From Thermoplasmata archaeon (GTDB taxonomy: Archaea > Thermoplasmatota > Thermoplasmata > Lutacidiplasmatales > UBA184), in contig JASHOK010000006.1 of NCBI GenBank assembly GCA_030041175.1, positions 71,710 to 135,709 of the forward strand: a stretch of DNA of 64,000 bases, read 5' to 3'. The number at the start of each line of letters is the position of its first letter. Position 1 is the stretch's first letter. A program made the position numbers and the translations under genes. The notes beneath the pieces were generated by a model that saw nothing but the letters and a program-made list of their open reading frames with translations, made no database searches and was not told the DNA's origin. Positions 7,685-15,231 of the stretch are shown here, piece after piece.

Positions 7685-8847
7685 CCTCTCCGCGGTCCGG
7701 AGGTTGGCGGTGTGGCCCCGACCCGGGAGGAGTGCCCCGGAACCGGCGGCGTGGGGGCCGGGACAGTTCGTAGATGCCGGGCGAGGTGGCGACTGCCTTC
7801 GATCACCGCGTGTCCGGCGGCGAGGGCTACGCCTCCCGGCAGGGGTGCCTTCCCAAACTGGTTCGCGATGGACCGGACCGAGGAACCGACTTGCGCGGCT
7901 CGTCCCGACGAGGGGACGGCGGACGCCAGTGAATTTGCAGCCCCTTGAGAGGTCAGTGAGGCGACCTCCAGGCCCCGCTGCAGTCCGCCGGTGAGAGTGG
8001 CGCCCGCGGAGGGGAAACCCATGCCTCCAAGTTGCGTCCGCGAGATCGAGATCAGGTAGGGGGTCCCCACTGCGATCGAGAGATAGGCCAACAGAAGGAT
8101 GATCGAAGAGGAGCCCACGGCGAGCTCCAAAGGGACCAGCATCGCCGCCGGGACGAAGGCCAGCTCGACGAGCAGCGTCCAGCCGCGTCGTGCCAGCCCG
8201 GAGAGCGGCGGAAGCGCCCAGAGGAGCGTGAACAGCGGTAGCAGTACGACCAGAACGGCGATCATCGCGTCCCGGAGAGCGACCACCATCGCGAGCGCGA
8301 GGACCATCGAGAACAGGGCGAAACTGACCACGAAGGCGAGGACTCCGTTATCCCAGGAGAACGCGGCACCGCCCGCGGGAAAGAGATTCGTCCACTGACG
8401 CCAAGCCCCCCCGTCGAAGCCCGACAGAAGCCGGAACGTGTCGCCCGAGAGACTGAGAAGGGCGGCCACGAGGGGGATGGTGAAGTTCGCTCCCAGTACC
8501 GCGATGACCAGTCGCGGGAGCAAGGGCTCCAGCCGGGTCCCGACGGTGTACGAGAACGACCGGAGCAAGTAGAGCCCGGCCAGGGCCACGAGCACCAGCG
8601 CGATGCTCGGATCTACGAGATTCGTGACCAGAAAGTCGCTGAAGCGAACCGCAACGGCCAGGAAACCGTTTCCTGCACCCGGGTGGGCCAGTGAAGGGTA
8701 GAGCGAAGGTGCCGACAGCTCCGGAACAACGAGGTTGTCGTACGTCGGCTGAATGATCAGTTCCAGAACTGCGGTACCCGCCGTGAACAGCCCGAACAGG
8801 ATGGCCTGTGCCACGGCATTCCAGTCGATGGAGTTCCAGTCCACCAT
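7681..8847 (-). CDS. Polytopic membrane protein, VirB6/CedA-like candidate
   Basis: 388 aa with about 7-8 long hydrophobic segments (e.g. AQAILFGLFTAGTAVLELII, LVLVALAGLYLL, VIAVLGANFTIPLVAALLSL, AFVVSFALFSMVLALAMVVAL, LVVLLPLFTLLWALPPL, LLVELAFVPAAMLVPLELAV, ILLLAYLSIAVG) followed by a Gly/Ser/Ala-rich soluble tail. The assignment is by position and topology only. Confidence 0.6.
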   Translation of the reverse strand: MVDWNSIDWNAVAQAILFGLFTAGTAVLELIIQPTYDNLVVPELSAPSLYPSLAHPGAGNGFLAVAVRFSDFLVTNLVDPSIALVLVALAGLYLLRSFSYTVGTRLEPLLPRLVIAVLGANFTIPLVAALLSLSGDTFRLLSGFDGGAWRQWTNLFPAGGAAFSWDNGVLAFVVSFALFSMVLALAMVVALRDAMIAVLVVLLPLFTLLWALPPLSGLARRGWTLLVELAFVPAAMLVPLELAVGSSSIILLLAYLSIAVGTPYLISISRTQLGGMGFPSAGATLTGGLQRGLEVASLTSQGAANSLASAVPSSGRAAQVGSSVRSIANQFGKAPLPGGVALAAGHAVIEGSRHLARHLRTVPAPTPPVPGHSSRVGATPPTSGPRRG

Positions 8848-8864
8848 GGGGTCCTACTGCCCCG

Positions 8865-9245
8865 TCAGGTGCCGGTCACGACCCAGTTCGCCAGGGCCCA
8901 GATGAGGCCGCTGATCGCGCCGACGAACAGCAGGGTGCCAATCAGCGCGTCTCGGGCCCGTTCCTTCGCCAGGACTTTCTTCATGGAATCGTGAGAGAAC
9001 CAACTGAGCGCGACCCGCGCCCAGACCAACGAGAGCAGCCCTCCTCCCGCGACTGCGGCGAGCGTCACGAGCCGGTTGACGGCGGCGCTGAAGTTCGAGA
9101 CGGCTGGGTTCGTACTCGAGGCCCCACGAAGATCGCTCGGGACGGAGAGCACGTGCACCGGCGCCGCCACCGGCGTCGAAGCCACGGAAAGGACGATCGA
9201 GACCGCAGCGATGGCGAGGAGGGCCACGGAGACGGGAGGCTTCAT
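8865..9245 (-). CDS. Candidate VirB2/TrbC-like (CedA1/TedC-like) pilin
   Basis: I used the internal ATG at 9245, which forms an ATGA overlap with the upstream stop, giving a 126-aa product. It has a signal peptide MKPPVSVALLAIAAVSIVLSVAST. Two hydrophobic helices follow, AVNRLVTLAAVAGGGLLSLVWARVALSWF and ALIGTLLFVGAISGLIWALANWV, joined by the charged loop SHDSMKKVLAKERARD. This is the VirB2 topology. The longer 213-aa ORF in the track is Arg/Gly-rich upstream and overlaps the previous gene. Confidence 0.55.
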   Translation of the reverse strand: MKPPVSVALLAIAAVSIVLSVASTPVAAPVHVLSVPSDLRGASSTNPAVSNFSAAVNRLVTLAAVAGGGLLSLVWARVALSWFSHDSMKKVLAKERARDALIGTLLFVGAISGLIWALANWVVTGT

Positions 9246-10828
9246 CGGCTCGCCCCCGGGGGCTCCGCGCCCTGCCATCGAAGGATCTCGTCGGACCCGG
9301 GCCCAGCCTCCGAGACGACCGAGCCGGCTCGGAGCAGGGCCCGGAGCGCCACCGAAACCGACTCGGCAGACTCGCCCGCTTCCTCGCAGAGCAACAATAG
9401 GGTCTCCCGGTCGATTACGTGCTCCCTCTCGAGGATCGAGCGGACGGTCGGCAGGCCGGAGTGACCCGGGGCCGATTCGAGGGGAGGCTTCCCCCGTCGG
9501 CGCCACTTCAGCAGAAACAGGCCCGCGCCAATGGCGAGCAATAGGGTGAGGGCTCCCACACCAACGGCCGCGGAGGAAACGGTAGCGGATGCTGGAGGAT
9601 CCGGCGCCGGTTCGATGAGGACCTGACGGCTCAGTGTGACAGTGACCCCGAGAGCATCCGTTACCTCGACGTGTTCGACGTAGAGGCCGGGCTCCGGGGG
9701 GTCGAAAACCTGGACGAGAGCCCCCGGGCCGGAGAGAGAACCGTTGGTTTCCTCGCCATCGGACAACGTCGCGCGGTAGATGTAGGGAGGGAGCCCGCCA
9801 GAGACTCCAATCCGCACCTCGATCGCGTCACCCGACACCATCCCTCCGTCCGTGATGTTGACGCCGAGCGGCGGCAGGATCGTGAGCGTCGCGGAGGTGT
9901 TGTCCACAACTCCCAGGCCATCGAGGAGTGAGAGATTGAGCGTCAGCGTACCGGGCTGCAGGAAGGTCAGATTCCGAGCGAAGATTCCATCAGCCGGAAA
10001 GGCCCCAACGGAGGTAGTCCCGGGCGACAGCGGTAGAGAGCTCGACAGCGTCCAGCGGAACGGGGGCGTTCCGTAGGCGACGAGGACGTTCAGAAGGATC
10101 GGCGTACCAACCTCGCCGACCGACGAGGCCGGTAGCATCTGCACCGTCGTTCCCGGTACGACCGTGAACGTCGCCCCGACCGCGGTGGCGTTCACCCCTA
10201 ACGCGTCGCTCACCCGGACGACGATCGACGCGGGACCCGTGCTCGCGAACTCGACGCGTTCCGAGTACTCTCCGTCCTGATAGGCCGTAAAGTTCCCCGA
10301 TACCCCCTCCCCGGAGGCGTTCCAGGTTCCAACAAAGGGCGAAACTCCGCCTTGGAGATCCAGATAGAATGGCACTGGGACGTCGAGCTCGACCTGGCCG
10401 TACGGGAAGGCCACGGAGACCGACGGCGGCGGAACGACCCTGACCGACGCAGTCGCCGTGCCTACGGTCCCCTCGGACGTCTCGACTTGGAGGGTGACTC
10501 CCAGGAGGCCGGGAAGCTGGGCTACTAAGGTCCAGGTAGGTCCCGAGCCGGTAGCCCCCTCGCTATCGATCCACCGAAAGACGTACGGAACCACGGACGG
10601 GACTTGGAGGATCGCGGAGACCTCGAACGGGTGCCCCACATCGGCCGGGTCCGCCGACGCGTGGATGACGACATCGAGGGTTTCGGAAGCCGTCGGGGCC
10701 GTTGCAACCGCGGTCGGTGCCCAAAACAGCAGCAGAAAGACCGGGAGCACCGGGATCAGGACCCACGTCGTCCAGGTCCGCTGAGATCTCCGTCGGTCCC
10801 GAATCCCCGGTCCATGACTCGCCCGCAT
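9242..10828 (-). CDS. Surface protein with about 4 PKD-like repeats, C-terminal TM anchor and a small cytoplasmic helical (wHTH-like) domain
   Basis: The N-terminal TM/signal segment reads WTTWVLIPVLPVFLLLFWAP. Repeated PKD-type motifs are VVPYVFRWI, GGVSPFVGTW, GTPPFRWTL and GGLPPYIYRATL. A TM segment follows (AAVGVGALTLLLAIGAGLFLLKWRRRG), then LPTVRSILEREHVIDRETLLLLCEEAGESAESVSVALRALLRAGSV. Confidence 0.7.
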   Translation of the reverse strand: MRASHGPGIRDRRRSQRTWTTWVLIPVLPVFLLLFWAPTAVATAPTASETLDVVIHASADPADVGHPFEVSAILQVPSVVPYVFRWIDSEGATGSGPTWTLVAQLPGLLGVTLQVETSEGTVGTATASVRVVPPPSVSVAFPYGQVELDVPVPFYLDLQGGVSPFVGTWNASGEGVSGNFTAYQDGEYSERVEFASTGPASIVVRVSDALGVNATAVGATFTVVPGTTVQMLPASSVGEVGTPILLNVLVAYGTPPFRWTLSSSLPLSPGTTSVGAFPADGIFARNLTFLQPGTLTLNLSLLDGLGVVDNTSATLTILPPLGVNITDGGMVSGDAIEVRIGVSGGLPPYIYRATLSDGEETNGSLSGPGALVQVFDPPEPGLYVEHVEVTDALGVTVTLSRQVLIEPAPDPPASATVSSAAVGVGALTLLLAIGAGLFLLKWRRRGKPPLESAPGHSGLPTVRSILEREHVIDRETLLLLCEEAGESAESVSVALRALLRAGSVVSEAGPGSDEILRWQGAEPPGASR

Positions 10829-10899
10829 CGAACCGCCCCGGTGTTCGACCGGGGGCAGGGTATTTTCGCGAAACCGGCCCGATGAACGGTGGAGGGTGC

Positions 10900-11559
10900 C
10901 TAGGCTCTGGCCAGGAGAAGCGCGACGTGGTCCCGCGAGAACGGCGTGAGGGCTCGCTGGTCAACGACCCTCCACCCCTGCTGTCCGAGGGCCTCCCGCG
11001 TTTCGGACACTACGGCGTTCGTCGATTTCCGTTGGGTGACGGACCGGACCTTGAGCATCAGCAGACCGGTTCCCGCGGTGGCCAGACAGCTCCGAGCATT
11101 CTCGAGAAAGACCTCGGCCTGGTTGCGCTGGGCAATGTCCTGGTACAGGAAGTCGACCCTACCGACGTCTGCCGCATAACGCTCCGGAAGCTGGGCGTCT
11201 GCGAGGATCGGAAAGAGATTCGGCCGGCGTCGGGAAAGGCCCAGGAGTGTGCCGAAGGTGGTCGCGCTCTTCTCGATCGCGAAGAGCTGACTATCGGGGA
11301 GCAGATCCGAGAGATGGCTCAGGGTCGTGCCGTGAGCTGCCCCCAGGTAGAGCACCCGATGCGGATGCTCGAAGGGCAGCCGAGTCGCCCCGTTCACGAG
11401 GTAGGCCGCGAGTTTCGAGCGCCAGGGATCCCATCGTCGGTACTCGTCGCTGCCCTCGCGGACGACCTCCTCCCCGTACACCCGTTCCCCCGGCCGCAAG
11501 TTCCGGGTGTAGAGCTCGCGACCGCGTCGCAGAATTCCGGGCCAGTCGCTCGCGGGCAC
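10900..11559 (-). CDS. flpA: Fibrillarin-like rRNA/tRNA 2'-O-methyltransferase
   Basis: The sequence reads YRRWDPWRSKLAAYL..VLYLGAAHGTTLSHLSDL..LFAIEKS..NLFPILADA..P..Y...V..VDFLYQDIAQRNQAEVFLENA...L...G.GLLMLKVRS. The start is set at the in-frame GTG at 11559, 9 nt after the RidA stop. The 494-aa ORF in the track is an artefactual upstream extension. Confidence 0.85.
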   Translation of the reverse strand: MPASDWPGILRRGRELYTRNLRPGERVYGEEVVREGSDEYRRWDPWRSKLAAYLVNGATRLPFEHPHRVLYLGAAHGTTLSHLSDLLPDSQLFAIEKSATTFGTLLGLSRRRPNLFPILADAQLPERYAADVGRVDFLYQDIAQRNQAEVFLENARSCLATAGTGLLMLKVRSVTQRKSTNAVVSETREALGQQGWRVVDQRALTPFSRDHVALLLARA

Positions 11560-11567
11560 GGTCCTTG

Positions 11568-12038
11568 TCAGCCCTCGGTGATCGCGACCTGAACTTCCAG
11601 TTCCACCGGGGCGTTCAGCGGGAGGGCCGCCACGCCGATGGTGGCGCGGGCCGGGCGTCCGCGATCCCCGAACACGGCGACCAGGACTTCGGTCGCCCCG
11701 TTCGCGACCTCGTGCTGGCGGTCGAAGGAAGCGGCCGAGGCCACGTAGACCACCACGCGCACTACCTGCCGGATCCGATCGAGCGAGCCGAGCGCTGCCT
11801 GCAAGGCGCTGAGCGCCTGGAGCATCGCGTCGCGGGCGACGTCCCGGGCTACCTCGGGTGGCACCGTACCGCCCACGAGCCCGGGATGCACGATTCGCCC
11901 GTCCTTCCGGACAATCTGGCCGGAGACCCATGCGTAGGCGCCGTGTACCACGACGGAAGAGTAGGTGCCGGCCGGCTCCGGGGGGGCCGGAAGAACCACC
12001 CCTAGCTCTCGTAACCGCTGCGTTGCGCTGCCCGCCAC
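11568..12038 (-). CDS. RidA/YjgF/L-PSP family reactive-intermediate deaminase
   Basis: 156 aa with Y..VVVHGAYAWVSGQ.., ..VRVVVYVA.. and ARATIGVAALPLNAPVELEV, the typical RidA C-terminal signature. Confidence 0.85.
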   Translation of the reverse strand: MAGSATQRLRELGVVLPAPPEPAGTYSSVVVHGAYAWVSGQIVRKDGRIVHPGLVGGTVPPEVARDVARDAMLQALSALQAALGSLDRIRQVVRVVVYVASAASFDRQHEVANGATEVLVAVFGDRGRPARATIGVAALPLNAPVELEVQVAITEG

Positions 12039-12139
12039 GTCCTCCGAACTTCCGGTACTCCCAAAAGACTATGCCGGCGACACACCGGTGAGACCGTCGC
12101 CGCGAAGGGTAAAGTCTCGCACGGCGTCGAGGGGTTGGA

Positions 12140-12469
12140 ATGGTCTTCCTATTCCGTCGCTTCCGCAAGGAGAAGAAAGAAGAGCCGCCCAGCCCGGAGT
12201 CTACCCCCGAAGCCGCAGAGCCGCCGTCCCCGGAAGCCATTGCGCCAACACCCGCCCCCGAGCCGACGATCCCGGCCGCCCCGGAGCCGACGCCCGAGCC
12301 GGCGCCGGAGCCGGAACCGTTGCCGCCAGGCCCCCCTCCCCCTTTGCCAACGGCCAGTCCGGCCGTGAGCGGGGGGGCCCCCACGCCGCCGGGGTCGGAG
12401 TGCTTTCTCTGCGGGACGCCCCTCCAGGACCACTATTGCCCGAAGTGCCAGATGACCTGGGCCGAGTGA
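12140..12469 (+). CDS. Small Pro-rich protein with C-terminal zinc ribbon
   Basis: 109 aa. The basic N-terminus reads MVFLFRRFRKEKKEE, followed by a PEPxP-rich linker, and the protein ends in CFLCGTPLQDHYCPKCQ (CxxC-x8-CxxC). GC3 is high throughout. No homology recognised. Confidence 0.45.
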   Translation: MVFLFRRFRKEKKEEPPSPESTPEAAEPPSPEAIAPTPAPEPTIPAAPEPTPEPAPEPEPLPPGPPPPLPTASPAVSGGAPTPPGSECFLCGTPLQDHYCPKCQMTWAE

Positions 12470-12558
12470 AGTGCGCGGTCGAACGATGAGCGACGATCGG
12501 GTCTGCAGTCCGGCCGCCAGTCTTTTGACGAAGCAGCCCGTCGTTCTAGTCCCGGGGG

Positions 12559-14229
12559 ATGGTACGTGCCCCCTACAGAGCCGGTGGTAGACTGGGAGCT
12601 TCGGACGCTGCGTCGGAACTAGGGACCCTCGAACACAAGGTTGTTGACCACCTCTTCGTCCTCTCGCCGGCCTCCGCCGTGAGCTCGGGGATTCACGAGT
12701 ACGACGGCCGGCTCCCGGACCTTCGACGCGAGGCTACCGACCTGTGGGCCTCGGCGGCGGACAAACTACTCCGGCAAGTGCGGGACCTACCCCTGGAGTC
12801 GCTCTCCGCGGGCAGTCGGTACGACCGGATGCTACTCGAGATGGGTCTCGAAAGCGCGCTGTTCGACCTGCGCGATTCCCGAGACTTCGACGTCAATCCG
12901 ATGGTGCACGTGGGGGGGCTCTCCCTCACGCCCTACACGGTTCGGCCATACGCCACTCTGGAGATCCGAATCGAGGCCATGCATCGCCAACTCGGCGGGG
13001 TGCCCCTGGCGCTTAGCCGCGGATTAGACCGGCTCGAGCCCGCGGTGCCCGCCCCGTTCGTCCGGCTCGCCATCGGCATCGCTCGCGGCCTCGAAGCGAA
13101 CTACCGCGGCGTGGAGCCTCTCGTTCGGTCCTTTAGCGACGCCTCCTTCGAGCGGATTCGAGAGGTCCGAGACCCGGCGATCGACGCCGTACGATCGTTC
13201 GCCGAGCGGCTGGAGCAGGAGTGGCTGCCCCGGGCGACGCAGGACTATGCGTTGGGGGAAGAGAAGTTCCAGCGGCTGCTCTGGGTCCGCGAACGGGTCC
13301 GGGTTCCGATCGAGGACATTCTGAAAGCCGGTCGGGCCGACCTGGTGCACAATCAGAGCCGTCTCCAAGCGATCGCCAAGGCGGCCAACCCTCCGACGGA
13401 CGGACCGGGCCTGCTCCAGCGAGCCGCGGCGACCCACCCGACCGCCGCCGAGCTCATCGACCGGGCGCGGGTGTTCGTCGAGGAGATGAAGCTCTTCGTC
13501 CGGGAGAAGGAACTTGCGTCCATCCCGGAGCCGGCGGTCTGCCGAGTCGAAGAAACTCCCCCGGACCATCGGGGCCTCTCGACGGCGAGCATGAACGGTC
13601 CCGGCCCGTTCGAAACCGCCGGGCAAGAGGGGATGTACTTCGTCACCCCGGCCGACCCCACCTGGTCGGCGGAAACGCAGGACCAGTGGCTGCGCTCCTT
13701 CAACGACAGCGTCCTACGAAACGTAACCGCGCACGAGGTCTATCCCGGCCACTTCCTGCAGTTCCTCCACCTGCGTCGCTCCACGGGCGGCTTGGCCCGG
13801 AAGGTGATTCTCTCCGGGGCGTTCATCGAGGGATGGGCCCATTACGCGGAGCAGGTCGTCGTCGAGCAGGGCCTCGGAGCCGGGGCCCCCGAGGCCGAAG
13901 CGGCCCAGCTGTATGACGCGCTCCTCCGCGACTGCCGGCTGATTTCGGCGATCGGCCTGCACACCCAGGGAATGACCGTTGCCCAGTCGACCGAACTGTT
14001 CGAGCGGGAGGGGCTCTGCGAGCCCATCGTCGCGCAGCGAGAGGCCGGCCGCGGAACGTACGATCCGGTCTACTTCGGGTACACGCTCGGAAAGCTCGCG
14101 ATCCTAGACGCCCGCCATCGTCACTTGCAATCGCAATTCGGAGGGTCTCTCCGGGCGTTCCATGACCGGCTGCTGAGCTACGGGGCGCCCCCCGTCGGCT
14201 TCCTGGACGAGTTGCTGCGGGCCTCGTAA
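12559..14229 (+). CDS. DUF885-family (metallopeptidase-like) protein
   Basis: 556 aa. The motif AHEVYPGHFLQF followed by ..EGWAHYAE.. matches the conserved HE..PGH/EGWA.Y core of DUF885 proteins. Confidence 0.8.
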   Translation: MVRAPYRAGGRLGASDAASELGTLEHKVVDHLFVLSPASAVSSGIHEYDGRLPDLRREATDLWASAADKLLRQVRDLPLESLSAGSRYDRMLLEMGLESALFDLRDSRDFDVNPMVHVGGLSLTPYTVRPYATLEIRIEAMHRQLGGVPLALSRGLDRLEPAVPAPFVRLAIGIARGLEANYRGVEPLVRSFSDASFERIREVRDPAIDAVRSFAERLEQEWLPRATQDYALGEEKFQRLLWVRERVRVPIEDILKAGRADLVHNQSRLQAIAKAANPPTDGPGLLQRAAATHPTAAELIDRARVFVEEMKLFVREKELASIPEPAVCRVEETPPDHRGLSTASMNGPGPFETAGQEGMYFVTPADPTWSAETQDQWLRSFNDSVLRNVTAHEVYPGHFLQFLHLRRSTGGLARKVILSGAFIEGWAHYAEQVVVEQGLGAGAPEAEAAQLYDALLRDCRLISAIGLHTQGMTVAQSTELFEREGLCEPIVAQREAGRGTYDPVYFGYTLGKLAILDARHRHLQSQFGGSLRAFHDRLLSYGAPPVGFLDELLRAS

Positions 14230-14252
14230 CCCCCGGCGCGGCGGGGCCCGGC

Positions 14253-14741
14253 CTACGACGTGGCGCCGCAGTTCGGGCAACGCCCCCGGCTCTCGTCGTA
14301 CGTCGAGCGGCAGTACGGGCACCGCATCAGTACCGTCGTGGCCGCCGGCGCGGGTGGGACATGCACCTGCACCGTGATGGGCGCCGGACCTCCCCCGAGA
14401 ACCGGCGGTGGGGCGTCCTGCTTTGCCTCGGCAAAGAACTGGCGCCAGATTTCCGGATGGTCGACCACGAAGTCGACCTCTCCCCGATGCGTCTGGAAGC
14501 GCAAACGGGAAGAGTCGAAGAACCGGATCCGGAGTCTCGGCCGATTCACGTGCGCGTCGCTCACCAAGTCGAGCGGGAGGTCGAGCAGTGTGGAGGTCGA
14601 GCCGGCGCGGATCAAACCGGGGCGCGTCACTTCGAAGACGAGTCGATAGTTCGTGAGGAAGAGGAGCCCCGCGGCCTTCTGGTGGGTGAGAGACGTCGCC
14701 GGCCCCTGGGTCAGGACTTTCTCTCCACGATGGAGGATCAT
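14253..14741 (-). CDS. Hypothetical protein: PH/GRAM-like N-terminal domain plus C-terminal zinc ribbon
   Basis: 162 aa. GEKVLTQGPATSLTHQKAAGLLFLTNYRLVFEV resembles bacterial PH/GRAM folds. The C-terminus reads RCPYCRSTYDESRGRCPNCG. Confidence 0.6.
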   Translation of the reverse strand: MILHRGEKVLTQGPATSLTHQKAAGLLFLTNYRLVFEVTRPGLIRAGSTSTLLDLPLDLVSDAHVNRPRLRIRFFDSSRLRFQTHRGEVDFVVDHPEIWRQFFAEAKQDAPPPVLGGGPAPITVQVHVPPAPAATTVLMRCPYCRSTYDESRGRCPNCGATS

Positions 14742-14784
14742 GGCTGGTAGGGCCCCGACGGTGTGACCCGACCCGGGCTCGGGG

Positions 14785-15102
14785 TCACTGTCCTTTCTTG
14801 CCCTTCTGCAGGTCCTTCCCGAGGTTTTCCAACTCCTTGCCTACCTCGTGGACCGCCTTCCGGGTCAGATCGCTCACGTCGCGGACCGCCAGCTTGGCCT
14901 CTCCGAGGGCAGCCTTGCCCGTTCGCTTGGCCTCCGAGACGACCGCCTTGGTCGCCTCCACCGTATCCGCGGCGGCCTTGCGCACCGAGCCCGAGGCCCG
15001 GGGGGAACCGGGCGGGGGCGGGGCGAGGACCGCCGGTCGGCCACACGCCGGGCAGGCATTCGCTCCTGGGGGTAGGGGGGCTCCGCATCCATCGCAGTTC
15101 AT
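14785..15102 (-). CDS. Small zinc-ribbon protein with a helical Lys/Ala-rich tail
   Basis: The start is taken at the internal ATG, giving MNCDGCGAPLPPGANACPACG, followed by a Pro-rich linker and a repetitive helical segment (AADTVEATKAVVSEAKRTGKAALGEAKLAVRDV..). Confidence 0.5.
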   Translation of the reverse strand: MNCDGCGAPLPPGANACPACGRPAVLAPPPPGSPRASGSVRKAAADTVEATKAVVSEAKRTGKAALGEAKLAVRDVSDLTRKAVHEVGKELENLGKDLQKGKKGQ

Positions 15103-15231
15103 GGTCTTCGCTCCGAGGAATACAGTATCCGTCGCGGTCAGATATGGAGGTTGCCTCGGGGAGATCGGTCGTGCCGGCCCCCCGGCGGAGCTCATCTAGC
15201 GTCCGGAGTTTCGACCCTCGGGCAGGGACGC

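Noticed and set aside
10900-12384. 494-aa ORF as a giant fibrillarin
   Set aside because: Fibrillarin homology covers only the last 219 codons or so. The upstream part is Gly/Arg/Ser low-complexity sequence and overlaps the well-supported RidA gene in another frame.
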